Below, one piece after another: positions 9,751 through 19,223 of a DNA stretch of 64,000 nt (position 1 is the first letter of the stretch; every line of letters begins with the position of its first letter). A program made the position numbers and the translations under genes. This stretch comes from Clostridiales bacterium (lineage in GTDB: Bacteria > Actinomycetota > Coriobacteriia > Anaerosomatales > SLCP01), in NCBI GenBank assembly GCA_018333995.1, contig JAGXSG010000021.1, positions 7,723 through 71,722 of the forward strand. The letters are read 5' to 3'. The notes beneath the pieces were generated by a model, which was not told the origin of the DNA, did not search any database, and saw nothing but the letters and a program-made list of their open reading frames with translations.

Positions 9751-10884
9751 CTATGGGTCGCAGTCTCCAGAACCGTCGATGCCTGGATTCGGTGATGGTG
9801 CGCTACCATGCGCACCCCGCAGCTTTTGGAGAGTCTCCTGCCACACCTTGTTTGCCTCGATTTGGGCCTTGATGAGTTCGATTTGCTTCGCCGGCTTGGA
9901 CACGCCCCCGAGGTTGGCTAGACAAGTGACGATTTCGAAGCTGATCGGTGCGCGGCCAATCTCATGCTTGTGCGTTCGCGTGATGCGCTCCATCACACGA
10001 TGACTGCCTGCGATTCGCCTGAGGTCTCTCACCGTCACGACACTACGGCTGAACAGCGCCTTCAACAGAGGATCGATTTCCGACTGACCACAACGGATGC
10101 CGATCTTCTCCAGGACTCGCGGCAGGTTCTCCGCATTCAGCGGATCACTGTCCAGAATCTCCCTCTCCTCCTGGAACCTGGCCAGCTCATCAGCCAGGAA
10201 CTGAAAGTGCTCGTCAATGGCTTGGAGATGCGCCCCGATGATGTCGAATTGCTTCGAGACAGCGAACGACGTCTGCTTGTTTGGCTTGTAGCCCAGCTGA
10301 TGCTCGATTTCGCTCCACGTGTCCTCGGTCAGTGTGCGAACCTGAACCTCTACCCATGGCGGTTCGTAGAGACGTGACGCATCCGGCCGAACCCGAAGAC
10401 AATAGTGCACCGACGCGTAGCCGGAGTCCTTCTGTTCGCATTTCATCGAGAGCCCGATGCGCTGGGCAAGTTCCTCGTCCAGATACGCGACTGGAGGATC
10501 GTCTGTGGCCAGCTCGAGTTCCGGTGTTGACCGAATTGCCTCGTCAACGCGAGCCAAGTCCGTCAGGAAGTGCGTGACGATACGGAAGCCAAGCGTGTCG
10601 GTCATCGTTTCGATGCTCTCGGCTTTAAGTCCCAGCGGGAAGTCGGCGGGCTTTCGCGCAATCTTATCGATGACACTCTCGGGTCGCTTCACGCGATCCC
10701 TGAGACGATGGATTGGTGTCGGCAGGGGCTTCTCGGGCTCGACGCGGGACTCCCAGTAGACTGGATCCTGCCAAGGAAGGATGATCTGGAGCAGTTCGTC
10801 ACGTGCGGGGAGAAGCGTGAACTCAATGTACTCCGTGTACGCGTCTAGGAAGGCCCGTTGCTCGTCCGCTGAATGGTCTGGCAT
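9751..10884 (-). CDS. Stand-alone RelA/SpoT-synthetase-fold protein (small alarmone synthetase / toxSAS-like) with about 170-aa helical C-terminal domain
   Basis: Ordered motifs RVKRPESVIDKI, DTLGFRIV, GYASVHY, EVQVRTLTEDTWSEIEHQLGYK; no HD, TGS or ACT regions; flanked by 228 and 418 bp of non-coding DNA. Confidence 0.75.
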   Translation of the reverse strand: MPDHSADEQRAFLDAYTEYIEFTLLPARDELLQIILPWQDPVYWESRVEPEKPLPTPIHRLRDRVKRPESVIDKIARKPADFPLGLKAESIETMTDTLGFRIVTHFLTDLARVDEAIRSTPELELATDDPPVAYLDEELAQRIGLSMKCEQKDSGYASVHYCLRVRPDASRLYEPPWVEVQVRTLTEDTWSEIEHQLGYKPNKQTSFAVSKQFDIIGAHLQAIDEHFQFLADELARFQEEREILDSDPLNAENLPRVLEKIGIRCGQSEIDPLLKALFSRSVVTVRDLRRIAGSHRVMERITRTHKHEIGRAPISFEIVTCLANLGGVSKPAKQIELIKAQIEANKVWQETLQKLRGAHGSAPSPNPGIDGSGDCDP

Positions 10885-11302
10885 AGCAGCCTCCCTCCGC
10901 GCTTGTCCCGGCTTGACCGTCGGCAGATCATGCGTGTGCTATACGGCACTTGTCCCCCGGCGTCACCTGTCGCGCAACTACACCCCTATCGGAAGCCTAC
11001 AGTACGCCCGACCGCCGTCAAGTGCTGTCGGTTCAGGTCGTTGGGCGATGGGGATAACGCGGTTGCGCTTCAGCTGAAGCGCCGCCCCCGTTGCCTTGCC
11101 ACCCGTGCACACCCTACGGGCGGCGCTTTCTGCTGGAAGCGCTTCCATGAAAAGGACGCGGCTGCAAGTCGCGAGTCTGAGCTCCGTTCTTGATCGATCA
11201 TAGACCCCTCGGGCCAGCAGTCCTCATTCCTGACGGCTTCGGTGAGAGCCAAGCTTCCATTCGCGCTCTTTGAGGTTCGGCGCACGGGACCACTCCTCGC
11301 AT

Positions 11303-11776
11303 TCAGGCGATTCGCGTCAACTCTAGACTGCCTACTCTAGGTTCCCCTTCGCCCTGATGCGGGCCCAGCCAGTTGCCGACCATCGCACTACCATCCGCGT
11401 TCAAGTGAAGAAAGAACGCACCTGACATCCGGCTCCCGGGATCCATATCGGTCCAAGAGCCGGTGATGGTCGCTCCGCGCAGCACGCCCCGTACCTTGAG
11501 ACAGAACCCTCCAGGAGACGTGGGTTCGCAGATGCCGCGGACCCTGTTACCGACCTGCACTGTCCGCATCATTGCCCGCTCAGCGTGATTGCCTTCATCG
11601 TGATGAATCAGGTACTCGAAGTCCCAGTTCCCGCGCAGGTCCTGACCGGTGATGAATGCGCCAGTGTCAAAGCTCGACAGGACGGAATCGATGCGATCCT
11701 GAACTAGTGACGTCGCAATGACTCCGGCAAGCGCGCCCAGTACAAGGGTCACTACTGCCCCAAACACTTCCCACAC
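11303..11776 (-). CDS. Small N-terminally membrane-anchored protein, unknown function
   Basis: 157 aa; GTG start 6 nt after GGGGGAGG; TM helix WEVFGAVVTLVLGALAGVIATSLV followed by a Gly/Trp-rich, probably beta-rich soluble domain. Confidence 0.55.
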   Translation of the reverse strand: MWEVFGAVVTLVLGALAGVIATSLVQDRIDSVLSSFDTGAFITGQDLRGNWDFEYLIHHDEGNHAERAMMRTVQVGNRVRGICEPTSPGGFCLKVRGVLRGATITGSWTDMDPGSRMSGAFFLHLNADGSAMVGNWLGPHQGEGEPRVGSLELTRIA

Positions 11777-11889
11777 GTGAAACCTCCCCCGATCATGTGG
11801 CGAACGTCACTTGAGATGAGCGGCAACGCGAAGCGTCGTCCGCTCGATCTCAGGGCTAGCCGTCACCGTGTACAAGTTCACAGGCTCCC

Positions 11890-14800
11890 TTAGAGCGGCG
11901 TCTTCAGCTGTACGGTAGAGTCAAGCAGGCTCGGCGGAGTGCCTGACTCGGCGCACGCCTCCTCCTGATCAGCCGCGACGGCTGCGCCCAATGTCCTCGG
12001 CGGCACCACCAGCTCCCAGCACACGAGCTGAAGGTCGCGCTCGCTCGGTGGACGCGTCGCTGGCCGTGGCAGGGGCCTATCGAGGCCCTTCGCCTCGAGC
12101 CCCATCCACAGCCTCTCGAGCGCCCCTGACACCACGGCAGGATCAGCGTCAGCCACCTTCAGCGCCCTATACGCCTCCTGAACGCTGTCTTCACGCTTCA
12201 GCAGATCGCTCGGGTGAGGCTGGTCGCACCAGTCAAAGAGTGTGTCCGCGAGATTGCCCAGACGTTCTTGCACGTTGGGGTCCTGCAACCGCAAGCGGAT
12301 CTGGCGCACCAGTTCGCCGGGGTCCTGAGCGCTCATGCGACGCTGGTACTCCTGCCCCAGCTCCGCGATCGCGGTCTTCAACGGTTCGATCAGGTATTGG
12401 AAGGGGTTGTCCTCGGGGCCGAGCTCGGCACGTGCGTCTTCTGGATTGCAGGCGATTCGCGACGCAGCCTCGATCGCTGACGAGATCACCGGTGAAGCGT
12501 CTGCCGGATAGAACCGCCAAAACACCTCGCCGCCAAATTCGTCCGGCATCTTGAGCTGCACGAACACCCCAGGCTCGTCGCTCTCGCGAATGCTGTGAAT
12601 GCCGTCGGGGAGACTCCTGACGTCCTGGGTGCCGAGTGACTTCACGAGGTCGATATAGGCGCGAAGCTGGTCGAGCGCATCGTCGAACTCCGCGCGGCGC
12701 TCGCCTTCGAGGTAGACGGCCTCGGCCTCGTTGCCGCCCTGCTGGATGCGCATCATGTCGTCGAGCGCCTTCGCCTCAATGACCTCTCCAAGTACCGATG
12801 CATCGAGACCGAGCGTGGCATCGATCGCCTTCACTCGTGACGATAGCTTCTTGACGAGCTTGAGCAGATCCTCGAGGCCCTTCTCGGGCATGACGTTGTA
12901 GAAGTACACGCGCTTATGCGGCGAGAAGAGCCGGTCGATGCGTCCGGCCCGCTGGATCATACGCACCGGGTTCCAGTGAAGGTCGTAGTTGAGCAGGTAC
13001 TGGGCGTCTTGCAGGTTCTGGCCCTCACTTAGCACGTCGGTTGTGATGAGCGCGTCGATGCGCGCTTCTCTGAAAGGCGTGATCTCAACTGCAAGCTCCG
13101 GGTCATCGATGTCGCGGTCCTCGCGAAGCGCGGCAAGCGGCGCGAAGTGGGCGAGTACCTGGGCCCGCCGCCTCTTGTCGTCTGAGCCGGTGAGAACCGA
13201 CAGCCAGCGCTCTCCCGTGAGATTCGAGAGACACCGCACATCACCCTTGAGTCCGTCGGTCGGACCACCGAAGGCCTGGAACAGATGCGCCGCCGTGTCT
13301 TTGTAGTTCGTGAAGACGACCACCTTGACCGGCACTCCATTGTCGTCGAGCGCAGGAAGCCCGTCGATGACCGCGCGCAGAGCGGCGATCTTCGGATCCT
13401 TCGAGGGGTCCGCCGCCTCCAGTCCCTCGAGCGCGGCGAGGAGACCCTGCAGCGAATCTCGATCAGCGCGAACAGCCTCGGACAGCTTGCTGACGTCGCA
13501 TTGTGCGGTGTCGACCTGCTGCAGCGAATCGAGCAGCGCCTTCACGTCCTCGTCACCCCCGGCTGCCTCGAGCGCTTCGTCATCGAGTGCCCCGCCTAGC
13601 AGCACGCGGAGGCGATCCCGCTCCTTGGCGAAGAGCACCTTGCCCTGGTCGAGGAAGGACAGGAACAGGTCGAGATAATTGACTTGATTGCGGACGGTCG
13701 CCATGAGCGCCGCAACCGAGCTCTCCATGCGCTTCAGATAGATCGTTCGAATGATGCCGATATAGGCGTCGTTACGCTTCACAACGCTTTCGGTGTCTGT
13801 GCGCTTCATCCCCGGACGCTCGATGCCGTACGCCTCGAGGTTGTAGACGGCGAAGTTGAGCGACTCAATCGCCTCGATGACACGTGAGTAGACATCGCCG
13901 TAGAGCTCCTTGAGTCCGTAGGTGATGGCCTGCGGAATCTCGTGCTCAGGGAACACGAGCGGGCGCCCGTCGACTTCAAGTGGTTCTCCGGCCTCCTGGC
14001 GCTGACGGATGTCGTGGCGCGTGCGTCGTACGAGTGTGAGCAGCATCGTGTTGAGCAGCCCCGGTCCGCCGCCGGTCTTCTCGAGCGCGCGGAACTCGCC
14101 TTCGAGGTTGCCGACCGGCCCGCGCCCGGCGTACCAGCTGTTGTCGCCGCGCGTGATGAGCATGAGCTGGTGGTAGAGATCCCACAGCGTGTTGTTGATA
14201 GGGGTGGCGGTCAAGAGCAGCACACGCTTGTCCGGTTTGGCGCCGGCCCGAATGATCTCCATGAGCGCCCGGTAGCGCTTTGTGCCCGGATTGCGGAAGT
14301 TGTGGCTCTCATCCACGAGCACAATGTCGGCGTCCTGCAGCGCCCTGAGCTTGCGGCGTCTGCGCTCGCGTTCGAGGTTGTCCTCGATCTCGTCGATGTC
14401 GGCAAGCTGGGGCAGGTACTCCATGCTCACCGTCTCGCCAAAGATACCGTTGGCGTGCAGACGCTCGGACGACCAGTTGCCCTCGAGCTGGGCCGGACAC
14501 ACGACAAGCGCCCTCACGCGGTTGCTCTTACGCAGCGTGTACTCGCGAAGCACACCAAGGCCGATGTAGGTCTTGCCGAGACCCACTGAGTCGCAGACCA
14601 TAGCACCCCAGTGCCGCTCGAGCAGCTCGACGGCTCGCGAGACACCTTCCTGCTGGAAGAGCGCGAGTCGACCAGCCACCTCCTCATCGAGACCGATGCC
14701 GAGGAAGTTGCCGTATGCCGCGTGCAGAGCCTTGAGGAACACCTGCCACGGCGTGAAGCGCCGACCGAAAAGCACGCACTCTTCGAGCAGGCGGATGAAC

Positions 14801-15546
14801 TCGTCTTTGCAGTCCTGCGCTTCGTCCCACTTGCGGTCAAACCACGCCTCGAGCTCGTCGACCACCGGCGTCGGCCCGGTCTCCATCGTGATGAGGTTGG
14901 CCTCGATGTTGTCCTGCAGCCCACCCTTGGTGAGGTTGCTGCTGCCCACCGCACCGTAGGCGGCCTTCTCCTCGCGAAGGATGTACGCCTTCGCATGAAG
15001 GCGCTCGGACGTGTTCGCCGAGAGCACCTCACCTTCGGGTACGGTGCCAGTGGCCGGCCCGAGATAGCGGCAAACCTCGACCTCGGGGCGCGAGAGGAAG
15101 CGGACGAGTTCTTGGACCTTGTGCCACGCGGCGAGATCAAACTCCTTGCGCGCCTCGTAGCTCTCCTCGCCCTCATCCTCGAGGAGTTGCCTGCGCTGCT
15201 CGTGCGTCATCAGCACCCAAGGCAAGTCGCCCTCGAGGAACTCGAACCAGTCGATCGCCTCGAGCGGGCCGGCGTGCTCAGCGTCATCCGACTGGCCGGA
15301 GAGCAGCTCACCTGGGCCACGCCGCCGCATGAAGGGGCGCTCGCCGAGCAGGATACGCACCTGGTTCGCATCTTGGAGACCGGACTGGATCTCGCGGAAG
15401 CCATCCGGGGTGAAGTAGGCGGTGGCGATACGCACGCTGTCGGGCTGCACCTCGCTGAAGGCACGGGCGAGTTCGGCGAGCATCGTGCCGGTGATTTCAT
15501 CGTTGGCGATGAAGCGGCGGATATCAGTCATCTTCAGCCTCGGCAT
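11890..15546 (-). CDS. PLD-family (single HKD) nuclease domain fused to SNF2-family helicase
   Basis: HKD motif RLHAKAYIL...GSSNLTKGGL near the N-terminus; SNF2 motifs DSVGLGKTYIG, DESHNFRN, LLLTATPINN, TDVLSEGQNLQDA, NPVRMIQRAGRIDR; 1218 aa; start overlaps the methyltransferase stop by 23 nt. Confidence 0.8.
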   Translation of the reverse strand: MPRLKMTDIRRFIANDEITGTMLAELARAFSEVQPDSVRIATAYFTPDGFREIQSGLQDANQVRILLGERPFMRRRGPGELLSGQSDDAEHAGPLEAIDWFEFLEGDLPWVLMTHEQRRQLLEDEGEESYEARKEFDLAAWHKVQELVRFLSRPEVEVCRYLGPATGTVPEGEVLSANTSERLHAKAYILREEKAAYGAVGSSNLTKGGLQDNIEANLITMETGPTPVVDELEAWFDRKWDEAQDCKDEFIRLLEECVLFGRRFTPWQVFLKALHAAYGNFLGIGLDEEVAGRLALFQQEGVSRAVELLERHWGAMVCDSVGLGKTYIGLGVLREYTLRKSNRVRALVVCPAQLEGNWSSERLHANGIFGETVSMEYLPQLADIDEIEDNLERERRRRKLRALQDADIVLVDESHNFRNPGTKRYRALMEIIRAGAKPDKRVLLLTATPINNTLWDLYHQLMLITRGDNSWYAGRGPVGNLEGEFRALEKTGGGPGLLNTMLLTLVRRTRHDIRQRQEAGEPLEVDGRPLVFPEHEIPQAITYGLKELYGDVYSRVIEAIESLNFAVYNLEAYGIERPGMKRTDTESVVKRNDAYIGIIRTIYLKRMESSVAALMATVRNQVNYLDLFLSFLDQGKVLFAKERDRLRVLLGGALDDEALEAAGGDEDVKALLDSLQQVDTAQCDVSKLSEAVRADRDSLQGLLAALEGLEAADPSKDPKIAALRAVIDGLPALDDNGVPVKVVVFTNYKDTAAHLFQAFGGPTDGLKGDVRCLSNLTGERWLSVLTGSDDKRRRAQVLAHFAPLAALREDRDIDDPELAVEITPFREARIDALITTDVLSEGQNLQDAQYLLNYDLHWNPVRMIQRAGRIDRLFSPHKRVYFYNVMPEKGLEDLLKLVKKLSSRVKAIDATLGLDASVLGEVIEAKALDDMMRIQQGGNEAEAVYLEGERRAEFDDALDQLRAYIDLVKSLGTQDVRSLPDGIHSIRESDEPGVFVQLKMPDEFGGEVFWRFYPADASPVISSAIEAASRIACNPEDARAELGPEDNPFQYLIEPLKTAIAELGQEYQRRMSAQDPGELVRQIRLRLQDPNVQERLGNLADTLFDWCDQPHPSDLLKREDSVQEAYRALKVADADPAVVSGALERLWMGLEAKGLDRPLPRPATRPPSERDLQLVCWELVVPPRTLGAAVAADQEEACAESGTPPSLLDSTVQLKTPL

Positions 15547-18500
15547 TCGTGAGGTAGGCTCGCTGCGCCCTCCAGTCAGCCAGCAGCGCAGCCTCTTCGG
15601 CCGTCACCCCGTAGACATCATCTACCAAGTCATTGATGGCATCGTCTTGCGAACCCGGGGACTCCGCGCTAGCGTCTACCAGATTCTCGAGAAGCGCCGC
15701 TGTCTCCGGCCTTGGCTCAACAATCGGGAGAGGGACCATGGGGGACTTCTCCCATTCCAAGAAACCGCCCTGCTTCTCGCTCAATCGCGTTGCCGCCGCC
15801 AGCACGAACATCAGGGACGAGTTCATGACCGCCACTCCCCACTTAGGGAGCCCGGTTGCGATGTAGCACTTCTGGTTCGTGTAGAACCCGTCCTCGTCCC
15901 AAAGGAACCGGGGCTCGGGCGTGATGGTTGCCCAGACAACCTTCGGCTGCTCGAATTCCCTGTAATACGTGCACGAGCGCAGCTCCCACCACCAGCGGCC
16001 CTGATCGGCACGAGGGCGCAGTCGGTCCTCGTAGGCAGTCATGTGCCGGTGAATCGCTGGAAAGGAGTCCGCAAAGATCGCTCGCGCGTCCTTCTCGGTC
16101 GTAGCGTACTTCCAGGGGTGCGCGCAGTCGGCATCGCCCGAGTTCTGGATCGCGATGAGGTACAGGCCCGCCCATTCGGGCTTCCAACGCTTGATGTCTC
16201 GTCCACGAAGCCACGGCTTGATGAGCTCGATGCTCTCGGGGTCGGCCGCGATGAGCGCGGCGCACTTGGCCTGGTCGATGACGAACGCCTCGTTGAAGCC
16301 GGTCAGGACGCCCCGATACATCCGCCCCTGGACGAACTCGCCGAGCGGCGTACCAATCGCCATGATGCGGTCGAACAGGCGCACGAGCTGCGGGTCCTCC
16401 AAGACCCAGCCGTCTTTGCGAAGCAGCGCCTGCGGGAAGCCGTCGATGCGGTTGCGCTCGAGCAGCGAGTCGAGGTTCTCGAGCTGCTCACGCACACTCG
16501 AGACGTTCTCGGATGCTCCTGCCTCGGCAAGCGCCTGTCGCACCGGATGCGTGAGGCGAGCGACCGAGACCGTGTCAGCGGGATCCGGGGCGGTCTTGCG
16601 GCCGATGAGCACGGATGGATACGCGATTGCCGCGAACACCGCAAGGTCGCCGAAGTCAATGGCATGCTCGATCTGTAGGTCGGCTGGCAGGAGCGCCCTG
16701 AGTCCCTCTCCGTAGGCCGCCCGGTGGAACTTGTTGCTCGTGATAAAGGCGAGCCGACCGTCATCCTTGAGAATCTGCAAGGCGCGGGCGAAGAAGTAGA
16801 CGAGCAGATCGGCCGTACCCGTGTGCACCTCGGCGAAGCTCAACGCATACGTCTCTTGATCGATGGCGGCGAGCTTCTCCTGGCGTACGTACGGCGGGTT
16901 GGCGATGACGATGTCGAACCCGCCCTGCTCGAAGACCTCGGAGAACTCGACCGGCCACAGGAACGGCTTCTTGTAGGGCGCATCAGGAGACAGGCCGTCG
17001 AGAACCTTGCGAAGGTGCTCATGGCGCTCGACGAACGCGGCAGCCGCCTTCTCCTCACGCTTGAGGTCACGCGCGCTTGCGCCCATGCGCCTGAGCTTGT
17101 CCAGCCGGGTCTTCATGTCAGTGAGCGACCGCTCCACCCCGGCAAGCTGGTCGGAAATCTGGCGCGCCACCAGCTCGAGCTGCTTTCCCTTGATCTCGCG
17201 CCGCAGCTCACGGGCCCTGACCGAGTCGCGAAGCGTCGCGTACTCGGCACGAAGCGCCTCGAGCTCCCGCTCGGCCTCGGCAAGATCATCGAAGAGCATC
17301 GCGTCCTGGTGTCCGCTGCGCGGCAGCGTTTCGCGCAGGCGAGTATCCCCGATGCGGTCAACAAGACTGTCGCCCGCCTCGAAGCGGAAGTCGAGGTTCG
17401 GCAGCGGGACGGGACGCTCGGCATCGACCACCATCGAGAGCCACAGCCTGAGCTGGCAGATCTCAACCGCCTCCGGATTAATGTCGACCCCGTAGAGGCA
17501 GTTGGTGATGACTGCCTCCTTCCACTCGGCGACCTTTTGGCCACCAATCTGTACCTTCACGTCGGCGCTCTGCTCTATGCCAATGAGCAGTTGCACGATC
17601 TCCTGCAGCATGCCGACCGGGAACGCACCCGAACCGACGGCCGGGTCACAGACTGTGACCGACAGAAGCGCCTCTTCAAGCCGCTTGCGCTCCTTGGGCG
17701 TGAGGTACACGTCGGTGGCGGCCGGGTCGATTGCCTCGAGCCGCAACCGCGCGAGCGTCTCCCGGCTGACCTCGGTCCGCTCGACGAGATAGCCGTCGAG
17801 TGCCTCGCGGCACATGAAGCGGACGATCTCTCGCGGCGTGTAGAAGGTGCCCGTCTTCTTGCGGTCCTCGTTGAGGTTCTCGAACACCTTGCCCAGGAGC
17901 TCGGGATCCGGGTCGACCGAGAGGTCGTCGGGCGTGGATTCCTGCGTGGTGAAGCGGTAGCTCGACAGCAATCCGAGAAGCGTGGGCGCACGGCCGTCGT
18001 GTGCACGAGGGTCGAAGAGCTCGTTCGGGACAACGATATCGATGTGCTCGCGACCGTCGCCGTAGAGCCGGTCTTCGACGGCAGTCGGAACGAAGAGTCC
18101 GCCGTTGAGGTACGGGATGTCTCCGAGTGCTTGCGCCTTCTCGGTACGCCGCGCCGGTTCGACAGCGAGCGTGTTGAAGAACAGTGGCAGCAGCGCGTCG
18201 TTGAAGTAGTTGCGGTGGTCAGAGGCGGTGCGTCCGTAGAGATTGACGAGGTACGAGGCGTCGGCGTCGAGCCAACCCTTCGCCTGGATGAACCACAGGA
18301 AGAGCACGCGTCCGAGGTTGCGGGTCACGAAGCGTCGCAGCTCGGCTTGCGTGGCCTCGTCGTCTTCGGCCGGGTCAAGCAGCGGATGCCCGGGGTTCGA
18401 CTCCGCGAGTGCGGCGACGAAGCGGTCGCGGAGAAGGCGGAACTCCCTGTAGAAAGCGTCGGTGACCCGCTCGACGCTGAAAGCGTCGTTCCACTTGCGG

Positions 18501-19000
18501 GTGATTGCCGCGGTACCCATGCCGGGAGAGAGCTCGAGACCCTCCAGCAGCTCGAGGTGGTGCCGGTTCGGGTTCGAGCGGGCGACGATCGCGCGAATCG
18601 TTCCGAGCTGACCGTTCGTGCGCTGACGTGGCAGAACGAGTTCGATGTCGTCGACACCTTCGCCGGTGAGCGCGATAAGGATGTTGCGATCGCCGGCCGG
18701 TGCGAGTTCAACGAGCGCCTTGGCGATGCGGCGACGCGCGCGCTCACGAGCGGACGGGCGGTCGCCCCATTTGGGGATCGTAGCGACCCACAGGGCCGCC
18801 CTGCCGACCTGCTCAAGAGCGCCGACACGATGGAGGCTGGTGACCACGTCGGCGAGGCGAGTGCCGATCTCGGTGCTTGTGTCGGCGGCGAAGTCGAGTG
18901 GGGATGCCACGGGCGCCAGGCCAAGGGCTTCGGACACACCGGCCCAAGCCCCTCTTGCCGATGCCGCGAGGGCGCTTCTCAGAATGGCTCGACCGGTCAA
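15524..19000 (-). CDS. Large gamma-class N6-adenine DNA methyltransferase, Eco57I/PglX (type IIG/BREX-like) family with TaqI-C-like specificity domain
   Basis: GTFYTPREIVRFM, motif I VCDPAVGSGAF, motif IV IANPPYV, C-terminal GVLTGFNEAFVID; 1158 aa; no recognisable nuclease motif in this protein. Confidence 0.8.
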   Translation of the reverse strand: MTGRAILRSALAASARGAWAGVSEALGLAPVASPLDFAADTSTEIGTRLADVVTSLHRVGALEQVGRAALWVATIPKWGDRPSARERARRRIAKALVELAPAGDRNILIALTGEGVDDIELVLPRQRTNGQLGTIRAIVARSNPNRHHLELLEGLELSPGMGTAAITRKWNDAFSVERVTDAFYREFRLLRDRFVAALAESNPGHPLLDPAEDDEATQAELRRFVTRNLGRVLFLWFIQAKGWLDADASYLVNLYGRTASDHRNYFNDALLPLFFNTLAVEPARRTEKAQALGDIPYLNGGLFVPTAVEDRLYGDGREHIDIVVPNELFDPRAHDGRAPTLLGLLSSYRFTTQESTPDDLSVDPDPELLGKVFENLNEDRKKTGTFYTPREIVRFMCREALDGYLVERTEVSRETLARLRLEAIDPAATDVYLTPKERKRLEEALLSVTVCDPAVGSGAFPVGMLQEIVQLLIGIEQSADVKVQIGGQKVAEWKEAVITNCLYGVDINPEAVEICQLRLWLSMVVDAERPVPLPNLDFRFEAGDSLVDRIGDTRLRETLPRSGHQDAMLFDDLAEAERELEALRAEYATLRDSVRARELRREIKGKQLELVARQISDQLAGVERSLTDMKTRLDKLRRMGASARDLKREEKAAAAFVERHEHLRKVLDGLSPDAPYKKPFLWPVEFSEVFEQGGFDIVIANPPYVRQEKLAAIDQETYALSFAEVHTGTADLLVYFFARALQILKDDGRLAFITSNKFHRAAYGEGLRALLPADLQIEHAIDFGDLAVFAAIAYPSVLIGRKTAPDPADTVSVARLTHPVRQALAEAGASENVSSVREQLENLDSLLERNRIDGFPQALLRKDGWVLEDPQLVRLFDRIMAIGTPLGEFVQGRMYRGVLTGFNEAFVIDQAKCAALIAADPESIELIKPWLRGRDIKRWKPEWAGLYLIAIQNSGDADCAHPWKYATTEKDARAIFADSFPAIHRHMTAYEDRLRPRADQGRWWWELRSCTYYREFEQPKVVWATITPEPRFLWDEDGFYTNQKCYIATGLPKWGVAVMNSSLMFVLAAATRLSEKQGGFLEWEKSPMVPLPIVEPRPETAALLENLVDASAESPGSQDDAINDLVDDVYGVTAEEAALLADWRAQRAYLTNAEAEDD

Positions 19001-19223
19001 CAGGCTCTCCCTCTAAGCACACAACTCGGACTGGACCTCTGTCCATGATACTTGCACCGCCCATGCTCATGCTTACAGACTGCATCGCGGCAGCGTAAAC
19101 GGCCGACATTGAACCACTGCGCCGACGCTCCGCTCCCAACCCGAACCTGCGACACGGGGTGTGCCGTCTGTGTGGCAGCAAGGGCAGCCGTGCTACTCGA
19201 ACACCTTCTCACGCGCATCAACC

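Noticed and set aside
11890-19000. Complete DISARM or BREX system
   Set aside because: Only a methylase and a PLD-SNF2 protein are present. No DrmA/DrmB (DUF1998), PglZ, BrxC/PglY, BrxL or BrxA candidates occur in the island.
16724-19048. 774-aa plus-strand ORF
   Set aside because: It is antisense to the methyltransferase gene. It is Arg/Gly/Val/Glu-rich with no motif, as expected for open antisense frames in 65% GC DNA, whereas the minus-strand frame has clear NPPY/FxGxG motifs. The same reasoning applies to the long antisense ORFs 14611-15552, 15422-16678, 25022-26068, 28026-29033, 33861-34985, 37165-38940, 42225-43271, 44328-45257, 48183-48995, 50300-51502, 54235-55056, 58199-59092 and 61139-62095.
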